This document shows positions 19,427 through 27,661 of a DNA stretch of 64,000 nucleotides, piece by piece; the first letter of the stretch is position 1; every line of letters starts with the position of its first letter. The stretch lies in the NCBI GenBank assembly GCA_964489835.1, contig CAZBBC010000008.1, forward strand, positions 10,992-74,991. Reading direction: 5' to 3'. The stretch is from an uncultured Calditrichota bacterium (GTDB taxonomy: Bacteria; Calditrichota; Calditrichia; JAJRVZ01). The position numbers were made by a program, and so were the translations under genes. A model generated the notes under the pieces. That model saw only the letters and a program-made list of their open reading frames with translations, did not search any database and was not told where the DNA came from.

Positions 19427-21598
19427 TTATTTTTTATTATCCAAATCAGATTTTTCCCTTCGATTGTCTATATCCTTTTGTTCGCTTTCTGTTTTATCGT
19501 CAGGAGATTTTATACTTTTATCATTTTCCGGCTTTATAACTTTATTTATATTTTCTTTTTGTAACGTTGAAGATAGAGAGTCTACAGCCGGTTTTGGTGA
19601 AGACAAAGAATCCGCGGCCGCTGGTAGTGGTATATCTTCTTCGACAGGTGGTTCCTTTATCTTGTTCTTGGCAATCTTGCCAATTTCCGAACTAGGATAT
19701 TCTTTCGCTGCCAGGGTATAAGCATCAACAGCACCCTGAATATCCTGAATTTTCGTTTCATATATCCAGGCAATAACATATCTGGACTTCTGTGCGAGCA
19801 TACTGCCGGAATCCTCATTAGCTATCTGTCTGAAAATATCAATCGCTCCAAGATATTTCTCCTCCGAAATCAATTTTTCGCCTTGCAAAAAAAGATTTTT
19901 GTACGTTAATATTTCATCCTCGTCTTCGGTTGTATCCTCTTTTGGTCCAACTAAATAAGCGGCATATGGCGATTCCGGATAATCCAAGAGAATAATTTGT
20001 TTGATCGAATCAGCTTTGTCAAATAATTGCAGACCGTAATTATAAGTATAATAGAGAGAATAATACGCCTTGGGCACCAGAATCGAGTCGTTAGATGATT
20101 TGATGAATTTCTGATATGCTACTGCTGCACTGTCGTAATTAACAAGAGTGAGCAGGAAGAATTCAGCCATGGAAAACATGTTTTTCTTAAGAGATTTTTC
20201 TATATCAGCGGCAAATCTAATCACCGGCTTTTTAGCCGGCTTTGCTGTTTCTTTTCCTTTTATTTTTGTTTCATTTACAGCTTTCTCAAATTCAGATCTA
20301 TCAAATTCAACCGCATTAATTTCAGCTGTATCAATTTCAGCCGCATTAATTTCAGCTGCATTAAGTTCAGCTGCATTAATTTCAGCCGCATTAATTTCAG
20401 CTGCATTAATTTCAGCCGCATTAAGTTCAGCTGTATCAATTTCAGCGTATTCCAGCCCCAATGAATCAAAAGCGAGACTATCGGTATTAATTTTTTCCAA
20501 ATCGGCTAAATCACGTTCAATATTCGTCCTGATCTTCCGATACTTGTCTAAAATGCCCGCTCTTTTATCCGCCTCTTCTTTGAATTCTGTATCTCTGTAT
20601 TCCTTTCCGACCTTTTGATATAATTTTTTTGCAGAATCAATATTCACATAATAAAATTCCATTAACTTTGCCATCCCGTAAGCAGCAATAGCAGATCCTT
20701 CTGTTCGGGGATAGGTTTCCATTACTTCATTATAAACATCGGTCGCCTCGGGAATCTGATCTTTGATGACATAGATATCTCCAATCCGTGCATTGATCAG
20801 GGCTTTTTTATCTAAAAATTTACCTATTTGGGCAATTTCTTCGAGAATTGTTATTGCCCGGTCCTGTTCATCCAGTTCAATCAGGCAATCCACCTTTCTC
20901 ATGTTCGCGTCATAAAGTATTTCAACCGATGTATCAAATTCATTGACACCATCATATCTGGTCAGAGCCTCCGAATAATTCTGTTCATTATAATAGGTTT
21001 CTGCAATAAGGAATTGTGCTTTGGCTTCCAATTCCTCATTACTGGAATTCTCAATGATCTTATCAAATTGAACACGTGCATTTTTGTAGTCTTCATTTTT
21101 ATAATATATTCGTCCCAAATTATGATAGGCCTCAGCAGTCAAATCATCATCATCATCAGAAGAAATCACTCTGTTCAGGTATTCCAGCGCTTCATCATCC
21201 CGATCCATTTCTATCAATGCCATCGCTAACAATAAGTAAGCTTCAGTGATCCACTCACTATTTTTATATTTTGCATTAAACTGTAATAAATATCTTTCTG
21301 CTTTCGGGTACTCTTTAACCTGATAATAGCTCTTTCCAATCAGGAGCAACGCTTCATCCGCATAGCTACTACTATCACTGTAGATATTTATCAGCTTCCA
21401 GCATTTATCAATGGTTTTGTAAAAATCGTTGCGTATATCCGATGTGATTTCGCCATCCCGACTACTTTTTATTTTTTTAACACCTTCCTCATACTTTTCC
21501 TGGGCATTGAAAAGCGTATTATAGTAGGCACATCCAACGATCATCACCAAAGGCATTAAAAATAAATAAATTGTTTTTCGCATTCTCATCATGATCAA
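19427..21598 (-). CDS. TPR-repeat lipoprotein with an internal (N/D)(A/T)AE(I/L) pentapeptide tandem-repeat tract and a Lys/Asp/Pro-rich low-complexity C-terminus.
   Basis: Lipobox MIVGC. Multiple TPR-like helices (AEAYHNLGRIYYKNEDYKNA etc.). Central tract AEIDTAELNAAEINAAEINAAEINAAELNAAEINAAEIDTAEINAVEF. C-terminal PKPAVDSLSS...KSDLDNKK. Confidence 0.7.
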   Translation of the reverse strand: MIMMRMRKTIYLFLMPLVMIVGCAYYNTLFNAQEKYEEGVKKIKSSRDGEITSDIRNDFYKTIDKCWKLINIYSDSSSYADEALLLIGKSYYQVKEYPKAERYLLQFNAKYKNSEWITEAYLLLAMALIEMDRDDEALEYLNRVISSDDDDDLTAEAYHNLGRIYYKNEDYKNARVQFDKIIENSSNEELEAKAQFLIAETYYNEQNYSEALTRYDGVNEFDTSVEILYDANMRKVDCLIELDEQDRAITILEEIAQIGKFLDKKALINARIGDIYVIKDQIPEATDVYNEVMETYPRTEGSAIAAYGMAKLMEFYYVNIDSAKKLYQKVGKEYRDTEFKEEADKRAGILDKYRKIRTNIERDLADLEKINTDSLAFDSLGLEYAEIDTAELNAAEINAAEINAAEINAAELNAAEINAAEIDTAEINAVEFDRSEFEKAVNETKIKGKETAKPAKKPVIRFAADIEKSLKKNMFSMAEFFLLTLVNYDSAAVAYQKFIKSSNDSILVPKAYYSLYYTYNYGLQLFDKADSIKQIILLDYPESPYAAYLVGPKEDTTEDEDEILTYKNLFLQGEKLISEEKYLGAIDIFRQIANEDSGSMLAQKSRYVIAWIYETKIQDIQGAVDAYTLAAKEYPSSEIGKIAKNKIKEPPVEEDIPLPAAADSLSSPKPAVDSLSSTLQKENINKVIKPENDKSIKSPDDKTESEQKDIDNRREKSDLDNKK
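20296..20458. repeat. About 10-11 copies of a 15-bp tandem repeat (consensus TTCAGCYGCATTAAK) inside the TPR-lipoprotein gene.
   Basis: Read directly: ttcagccgcattaatttcagctgcattaagttcagctgcattaatttcagccgcattaatttcagctgcattaatttcagccgcattaag... The repeat is in frame and encodes the AEINA pentapeptide. Confidence 0.9.
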
Positions 21599-21604
21599 TC
21601 AGAA

Positions 21605-22342
21605 TTATGATTGCAGTCTTTCGATAATTATTACCAATGCGGGTAAAAGTTTTCCTGCTGATCCGCGCAAACTTTCATCAGCGTGCTGAGAAAGAGGTGT
21701 TTCTTCAGAATTGATTTCCACAATATAGGCACCGTTTGCTTTAGCTAAATATGGAAGTGATGCGGCAGGTTCAACCACGCTTGAAGTTCCAATAGAAAAA
21801 AAGATCTCACAACCGGCAGCTGCCTCCTGTGATTGCCGGAGAATGTTCTCGTCTAAATTTTCACCAAAGAGAACGATATCTGGCCTGAGCACTCCCCCGC
21901 ATGACTGACAATGATACTGTTCTTTTTTTTCTGTATCATCCTTTTCCTGGCGTCTATTGCACTTCGTGCATTTTGTCCTGAAAATATTACCATGAAGTTC
22001 AATGATCTTGTTATTACCAGCTTCTTGATGGAGATTATCAATATTTTGTGTTATAACCATAAAATCTTCAAAGAGACGCTCAAAATCAACAAGTCCATAA
22101 TGACCTAAATTTGGCTTAACACCATGAATAAGATTTTTCCTCCAATCGTAGAATTTCCAGAACAACTCGGGATTTTTTTCTAAAGCGGCAACCGTTGCCA
22201 ATTCCTTTACATTATGATTTTCCCATAATCCGTCTTTTCCCCTAAAAGTTGGAATCCCGCTATCTGCGGATATACCCGCACCGGTCAAAACAGTTACTGA
22301 AGAAGCATTTTTTAGTCTTGTCAATAATTTCTGGCTCAGCAT
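21605..22342 (-). CDS. cobB: NAD-dependent protein deacylase (Sir2 family).
   Basis: VLTGAGISADSGIPTFRG, QNIDNLH, and the Zn ribbon CxxC...CxxC (CTKCNRR...CQSCGG). Confidence 0.85.
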   Translation of the reverse strand: MLSQKLLTRLKNASSVTVLTGAGISADSGIPTFRGKDGLWENHNVKELATVAALEKNPELFWKFYDWRKNLIHGVKPNLGHYGLVDFERLFEDFMVITQNIDNLHQEAGNNKIIELHGNIFRTKCTKCNRRQEKDDTEKKEQYHCQSCGGVLRPDIVLFGENLDENILRQSQEAAAGCEIFFSIGTSSVVEPAASLPYLAKANGAYIVEINSEETPLSQHADESLRGSAGKLLPALVIIIERLQS

Positions 22343-22517
22343 TCACCCCCCACAAATTTTCAGGTTTCGTCAAATATATCTACTAATAGTCATTCAGATG
22401 TCAGTCATAATCAAAATAGCCAATGTTGTAAGTATACCAAATACCAGGAATCTCCTGGTTACTATAGAGTTTAATGTAATCGAGAAGATGAGGTTCCTTG
22501 ATTTTTTTTATTCTTTC

Positions 22518-22715
22518 TTACCATTCAAGGAAATTATCTTCTTTTTCTTCTAAAAGTAGTTTATAATTGACCTTATTATCGACAACGCATTTTTTTAAAA
22601 GAGAATCAAATTCAGAAATATCGAATTGAGCGAAAAGAATACCGCCAGACAAAAATACACCTAAATTGATCAAAATATATAACAGTGATTGATGATATCT
22701 TATTTTTTTATCCAA
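22518..22715 (-). CDS. Hypothetical small membrane protein (doubtful).
   Basis: 65-aa ORF with one TM, in a 485-bp intergenic spacer. No RBS checked. A flanking repeat word cgtctgcgccgtgcctacc (22751) recurs at 53340. Confidence 0.2.
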   Translation of the reverse strand: MDKKIRYHQSLLYILINLGVFLSGGILFAQFDISEFDSLLKKCVVDNKVNYKLLLEEKEDNFLEW

Positions 22716-22826
22716 TCGTATACCTGATCTATCTATAATTATCTCACGCCCGTCTGCGCCGTGCCTACCTTGGCGGTTCTTTGCGAGAATTATCTAACAT
22801 CGTAAATTAAAAATAATACAAATGTA

Positions 22827-23777
22827 TCAAGCATAGAACCACAGCATGATATTCGGTAAAATGACCAGAATAGAAAAAGCCATTGCTGTAATATAACCAA
22901 TTTTAAATAAAGTGAGGGCTAAGTTTTTGTATTTTACCGGATTTGTAAAATTAGTCATCAGAGAGTACAATATGATGGATGCGACATTACAAAACACGGA
23001 ATAAAGAAATAAAAACATGAATATCCATCCAACATAGGCATAGGGCGCAGAGAAAAGTAAGATCCTGGCAGATATGTTTTCGTTCCAGCCAAATTTGTTT
23101 ATACCGCTGAGGATTGTAAAAATAATCGCCGCGATCAAGAGAAAAAGCAAGACAAGCCAATATTGTTGCAGGATTTTTACCGATCGTTTCAAAATATAAA
23201 AAACAAATAAGGTTGTAAGGCCCGTCAGTAGAATCATGATGATAACCATCAGCAGAACATAATTCTCAGTTAACAGCGTTTCTGTTTGAGCGGTATTGAA
23301 ATCTTTTAGTTTAAAAAAATGATAGTAGCCCTGAAAGTATAAGAGAAGTGTGAACAATATATCGGTAACTGCTACAAATTGTGTATAAAAAAATATCTTT
23401 TTAAAATAGGAAGTTCGATCCTCTAATTTAATTTCTTTTTTTATATGCAAAAAGAACCAAATTAAGGCCCAAAACAGCATAAAAATAAAATTCACGATAA
23501 GGAGATGTATCAATGAAGCAGGTATATAAGCAAAAGTTTTTATTTCTGCCGGAGCAATAATGAAATACAGAAATCTTACTAAAAATATTGTAACGATCAG
23601 GGCAACAACAAAATTATACCACAATTCCAAGCGTGCATTCTTTTTTCTGAATAATTCACCTTTATCCGCGCTTCTGATCATTAATAAATCTTTTAATGAT
23701 TCTGAGCCCAGGGATGAGAAAAAAATGATCAGTGCCAAGGAAAGAAAGGTGACGATCAATAAATATTCAAAAATCAA
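22827..23777 (-). CDS. Hypothetical polytopic integral membrane protein (about 8-9 TM).
   Basis: 316 aa, very hydrophobic, no recognisable family motif. Confidence 0.5.
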   Translation of the reverse strand: MIFEYLLIVTFLSLALIIFFSSLGSESLKDLLMIRSADKGELFRKKNARLELWYNFVVALIVTIFLVRFLYFIIAPAEIKTFAYIPASLIHLLIVNFIFMLFWALIWFFLHIKKEIKLEDRTSYFKKIFFYTQFVAVTDILFTLLLYFQGYYHFFKLKDFNTAQTETLLTENYVLLMVIIMILLTGLTTLFVFYILKRSVKILQQYWLVLLFLLIAAIIFTILSGINKFGWNENISARILLFSAPYAYVGWIFMFLFLYSVFCNVASIILYSLMTNFTNPVKYKNLALTLFKIGYITAMAFSILVILPNIMLWFYA

Positions 23778-23799
23778 ATGGAACCTCTGATTATGATTA

Positions 23800-23841
23800 G
23801 ATGTATACTTGATTTATTCAGATGTATACTTGATTTATTCA
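23800..23841. repeat. Perfect 21-bp tandem direct repeat (x2) immediately upstream of the membrane-protein gene.
   Basis: gatgtatacttgatttattca gatgtatacttgatttattca. Contains the GTATAC palindrome. Lies 23-64 bp upstream of the start codon at 23777 (minus strand). Confidence 0.85.
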
Positions 23842-23880
23842 AAGGAGGAGCCCATGCTGTCCCTCCAAAAGAACTAAAGT

Positions 23881-24000
23881 CCACGAATTACACGAATTAT
23901 ACAAGGATTTCACAAATTTTTGCTATATTATTCATGTCTTTTTTGTTGAATCCAAATAAAACAGTATTAATATATTATTTCTAATTCGTGTAATTCGTGG
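23881..24000. repeat. 120-bp MITE-like element bounded by a perfect 19-bp inverted repeat.
   Basis: ccacgaattacacgaatta ... 82 bp AT-rich ... taattcgtgtaattcgtgg. Same CACGAA/TTCGTG dyad theme as other elements. The track ORF 23778..23984 spans it and is likely spurious. Confidence 0.8.
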
Positions 24001-24049
24001 AAAAAACTCCACACCTGCCTCACATATTACAGTTTTACAAGATTAGCGA

Positions 24050-24730
24050 TCAATTTTGATTATTTATAAGAACCAATTGTGTTTCAGCATCTTTTACGCG
24101 ATTTTCAGTTTTTGCTTCTTCGGCCAGTTGTTGAAACAGGGATCGGGATTTATCTAAATCCCCTGTCTTTTTATACAAGAGTGCGGCAAGATAATAATAG
24201 TTATCCGATTCAGGAAATTGAGGTGCCAAATTTGCCGCCCGTTCATATAATTCGGCTGCTTCCACAAAATTTTTCGATTCCTCGTTGCAAGCGGCCAATC
24301 CGGCATAACCGGAAGCCAATAAAATATTACTACCGGAATAGGCATCGACAAACCGCCCAAAATAATCACGAGCCTGATCATATTTTTTCTGCTGGAATAA
24401 TATATTTGCCATTAAAAACATGGCCTGATCGGCAGCATCTGTACCATCATATTCATCAATTAATTTAATCAGCCGTTCACTTGCTTTTGGAAGGTTCCCG
24501 TTGGCAAATTCAATTTCGGCAATACCCAATTGTGAATTGGCTTCTATATCGGTTTGCTGAGAATTGTAATAATAGAAAATTCCTATAACAATAACAACGC
24601 CTGCAATGACCACTGCTCGCATTATTGTTGGGTAATTTTCATCGATATACGATTTTGTCTGCAGAGAAAATTTTACAAATTTATCTTCCTTCAGATCCTG
24701 TTTTCTGATATTTTTCTTTGGTTTTAACAT
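24050..24730 (-). CDS. Membrane-anchored TPR-like protein (YfgM/YbgF-like).
   Basis: N-terminal basic segment plus one TM (AVVIAGVVIVIGIFYYY), followed by TPR-like helices (QAMFLMANILFQQKKYDQARDYF; AAELYERAANLAP). Confidence 0.55.
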   Translation of the reverse strand: MLKPKKNIRKQDLKEDKFVKFSLQTKSYIDENYPTIMRAVVIAGVVIVIGIFYYYNSQQTDIEANSQLGIAEIEFANGNLPKASERLIKLIDEYDGTDAADQAMFLMANILFQQKKYDQARDYFGRFVDAYSGSNILLASGYAGLAACNEESKNFVEAAELYERAANLAPQFPESDNYYYLAALLYKKTGDLDKSRSLFQQLAEEAKTENRVKDAETQLVLINNQN

Positions 24731-25098
24731 CCTGTCTCCTATTTAAATTAATATTTTTACGTTTTAATTCCTGAATACTACACCGGGCATGGCACGCCGT
24801 GCCCCTCGTTGAGGGAAATCCCAAATCACAAGCACCAAATCCCAAATAATTCCCAATAACCAATCCCCCGATAAGAGATGTCGTCCTCAGACGACTTACC
24901 GGACCTAAATCATGCATGATATAGCAAATTCCTATTCTGAAATCCTGGATGATTTCATCCCGATCATGCCAGTAGGTGGATTCGCCCGCTGTGAATTTGT
25001 TGCCCGGAGGGAATCGTTATCATCGGGGCTAGTTCCCAGTTCCGAGTTCCAAGTTCCAAATATTTGTTTTTTTACTTCCCACTTCCTACTTTAACTGA

Positions 25099-25174
25099 GG
25101 TACCCCAGGAGAGATTCGAACTCCCGACACATGGCTTAGGAAGCCACTGCTCTATCCTGCTGAGCTACTGGGGC
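25099..25174 (-). tRNA. tRNA-Arg (anticodon CCT).
   Basis: Reverse complement reads GCCCCAGTAGCTCAGCAGGATAGAGCAGTGGCTTCCTAAGCCATGTGTCGGGAGTTCGAATCTCTCCTGGGGTACC. 7-bp acceptor stem, D-arm GCTC/GAGC, anticodon loop TTCCTAA, T-arm GGGAG-TTCGAAT-CTCTC. CC of the CCA is encoded. Confidence 0.8.
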
Positions 25175-25242
25175 GAAAAAACAATTTTAAATTATAAATT
25201 GTAAATTTTCAATCACCACTGATCGAAGCCTGTCCCAATGTG

Positions 25243-25283
25243 ACCAAAAACTTTAATTTTGCTATCACTCTGAGGATCCCGAC
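25243..25283 (-). other. Degenerate tRNA-like fragment (5-prime acceptor/D-arm start plus T-arm-like hairpin) upstream of tRNA-Arg.
   Basis: Reverse complement GCCCCGGTAGCTCATCCCTGACTTTGTCGGGATCCTCAG begins like the tRNA-Arg 5-prime end (GCCCCAGTAGCTCAGC) and shares TGTCGGGA with its T-arm, but lacks the anticodon arm and 3-prime acceptor strand. Confidence 0.3.
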
Positions 25284-25613
25284 AAAGTCAGGGATGAGCT
25301 ACCGGGGCAAAAATTAACAATTATTAATTTATTAAAAATAAACTCTTAAGGCAAGGAATGAGAAGGGCTAATATCATATGAAGGAAAGAAATAAAACGGA
25401 GACCGGAGGCCGGATACCGGTAACCGGAAAACTTTCAATGCTATGCCCGGTTCAGGCGGATTCGCACGCCAATTGGCGCATTTTCAACCTACTGGCGAAT
25501 TTCATTTGTCATTGTGGCTTGGGAATTGTGATTTTATTATATCCTGCCCGGCTATTAATAGTTTGCTCGAAACAAAGATGGGTATTTTGTTATGTTATGG
25601 CAGATAATAAGAA

Positions 25614-25739
25614 TTAAGCAGGATCGTAACCTCTTCTTCTGTACTCGGTATCGTTCCGATGAGCTTTTCTCCTCTCACCAATCTTTAACTTACCTCGGAC
25701 TACCTTAGCGAAAGTACGTTTTATTGTTTGGCTAAGCAT
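25614..25739 (-). CDS. Possible small (41-aa) highly basic protein. Hypothetical.
   Basis: Internal ATG of track ORF 25614..25841, preceded by AGGAAAAAATATG. Product MLSQTIKRTFAKVVRGKLKIGERRKAHRNDTEYRRRGYDPA is very Lys/Arg-rich, with no family recognised. Confidence 0.2.
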   Translation of the reverse strand: MLSQTIKRTFAKVVRGKLKIGERRKAHRNDTEYRRRGYDPA

Positions 25740-25928
25740 ATTTTTTCCTTTATGATTAGTGACTGATAGTGACAGAGTGAATAAATTCTTATATGTGTAG
25801 ATAATTCCCCATAAGCTAATTGTGATAAGTACAAATGGCAAGGGATTTTAAAAATCATTTCGATGTTTGATTTAATAAATAAAAATTTATTTTTTCTTTG
25901 CAGTTAGCCGGCGCTGCGAGACAACATT

Positions 25929-27020
25929 TTACCGAAGGAGTATCATTTTCTTTCCATCCTGAAATTCACCAGCCTCAATCCTGTACAGGTAAACGCCACT
26001 TGCGAGATTGCTCCCATCAAACGTATAGGTATGATTTCCCGCCTGTAGTTTCTTATTCACAAGTGAAGCAATTTCTCCTCCAAGAATGTTGTAGATCTTG
26101 AGAGTAAGAAAAACTGACTGGGGTAATGTGAATTCGATAGTGGTTGTTGAATTGAATGGATTTGGGTAGTTCTTTTCTAAAAAATAGATTTCAGGATTAT
26201 GATCATTCGATTGGATACTCAAAGGTGAAGGGCTGCCTGCATTTTCCCATGCTGTTCTCCAGAGACTGGCAAGATCTAATATTGCTTTTTGAATAGAAAC
26301 TGTTGTTAAATGTTCAAGATCTTGCCATAAAATATTATAATAAGTTATATTGAAAGTGGGATCCTGAGCGCTGGCAAGATCATCTGCAATCATAATACTA
26401 TCCACATAGGGATAAATTTCTTCAATATGTAAAAAAACAGTATCAATAACATTTGACCAGTATTTTCCTGTGCCTGTTGCTAAGGGTAGTTGTGAAAGAT
26501 GTGGATTTATCATCTGTGTTTCATATCGTGAATGAATACCATCATTTCCTGTGTGTTGCCCATTATAATTTAAAGTCAGATGCAATGGCTGGTGAGAATC
26601 TGCCACATAATGTCCCAGTTCAGCTGCAATTTGCCAAACATCATCCCATTGACCAGCTGCCATTAATGTGCTTAAACTATCTGTCCACTCTTCAATAATC
26701 CAGGGGATAATGCCGTTATTTTGAACAATTGAAAGGTCGTAAAGCGTTATTAAACTATCCAAATTATGCGGAAGAGTCCCGGTAAAAAATTCCGGATAAT
26801 AATCAATATCAATATAATGATAGTATCCCGGTAATGGATCGGTATCCGGATCGACCGAATGTTGTTGCAGATAATTTCGATGATCCTGAAAAAACGACAT
26901 TTCAGTAGGTAGATAATCTACCGCATGTTCATTTATATAACCATGTGTATCCCATCCCCATTTTTTATTTTGGGCCAATAGTGAGGAACATACCATGAGA
27001 CTTATTAAAAAGTATTTCAC
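25929..27020 (-). CDS. Secreted S1/P1-nuclease / zinc phospholipase-C-superfamily-like protein with type IX secretion (T9SS) C-terminal sorting domain.
   Basis: Signal peptide. N-terminal WGWDTHGYINEHAVDYL resembles the Zn-binding start of P1 nuclease/PLC. C-terminal about 80 aa NYPNPFNSTTTIEFTLPQSVFLTLKIYNILGGEIASLVNKKLQAGNHTYTFDGSNLASGVYLYRIEAGEFQDGKKMILLR is a typical Por_Secre_tail. Confidence 0.7.
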   Translation of the reverse strand: MKYFLISLMVCSSLLAQNKKWGWDTHGYINEHAVDYLPTEMSFFQDHRNYLQQHSVDPDTDPLPGYYHYIDIDYYPEFFTGTLPHNLDSLITLYDLSIVQNNGIIPWIIEEWTDSLSTLMAAGQWDDVWQIAAELGHYVADSHQPLHLTLNYNGQHTGNDGIHSRYETQMINPHLSQLPLATGTGKYWSNVIDTVFLHIEEIYPYVDSIMIADDLASAQDPTFNITYYNILWQDLEHLTTVSIQKAILDLASLWRTAWENAGSPSPLSIQSNDHNPEIYFLEKNYPNPFNSTTTIEFTLPQSVFLTLKIYNILGGEIASLVNKKLQAGNHTYTFDGSNLASGVYLYRIEAGEFQDGKKMILLR

Positions 27021-27239
27021 AATATTTTATCTTTATAATAAATTTTTACTATTCCTGATTTTCGATGGTTCAATTACAATGTGAATCTTATAAGATAAAC
27101 AGCAATTTAACTTTTATTCAAATTTAAATAAATAGAAGTACCGTAAAAAATTACAGGGATTTCCTATTCCAGGTAATAGACGCGATAAAAAGAAAAGTGC
27201 TATTAATTATTTTACTAAAGTCATTGAATTAATAAATCA

Positions 27240-27400
27240 GTTAACCTGGTTAATTCATGAATTTTAAATTCATCAAGTAGCGACAGTAAAATCTCCCCTT
27301 AAAAAAGGGATTAAGGGATTGTAAAATTTCGATTATCCTATAACCTTTTTTGATAGACAACCCCCCGCCCCCTTTTCTAAGGGGGAGTTAAATAATTGAT
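27240..27400. repeat. Intergenic repeat modules of family C (inverted orientation) with a poly-C/poly-G hairpin.
   Basis: ttaattcatgaattttaaattcatcaagtagcgacagtaaaatctccccttaaaa is the reverse complement of the 18700-18740 / 61681-61735 module. ccccccgcccccttttctaagggggag matches 41540-41570. Confidence 0.6.
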
Positions 27401-27661
27401 TTCATGGAAGTTATTGAATCTGACCTTAAGATTTGTGAATAATTCAGGTTAATTGATTTACATTATAATATAAAAAGGTATTGGAATACAGTAAAAATAA
27501 TCGAAATACGCCCATATTTTAGTTCTAAGAGGCTAAAATAGGTGGTGGGAGTATTATATATATATTTATAATCTTGTGTGCATTCTGAGAGAGGTGGTGC
27601 TAATAGCATAATAGGAGGAATAGATCAGATCTTACGGTTATAACTTGTAATTAAGGATAAT

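Noticed and set aside
20296-20458. Regularly spaced short direct repeats that could superficially suggest a CRISPR array.
   Set aside because: Units are 15 bp with no spacers. The array is in frame inside a TPR gene and encodes a pentapeptide. No cas genes or leader are present.
23778-23984. 68-aa plus-strand ORF.
   Set aside because: It spans the 21-bp tandem repeat and runs through the TIR of the MITE-like element. It is an AT-rich repeat sequence, not coding.
25378-25617. 79-aa plus-strand ORF next to tRNA-Arg.
   Set aside because: It runs across the CCGG short-period repeat and non-coding-looking sequence, has no RBS, and is Cys/Trp-rich with an improbable composition.
24731-25929. Integrated mobile element or prophage at the tRNA-Arg locus.
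   Set aside because: No integrase, recombinase or phage gene occurs within 10 kb on either side, and there is no 3-prime tRNA direct repeat (att) further along. Only a 5-prime-end-like fragment is present, so a degenerate scar or structured RNA is more likely.
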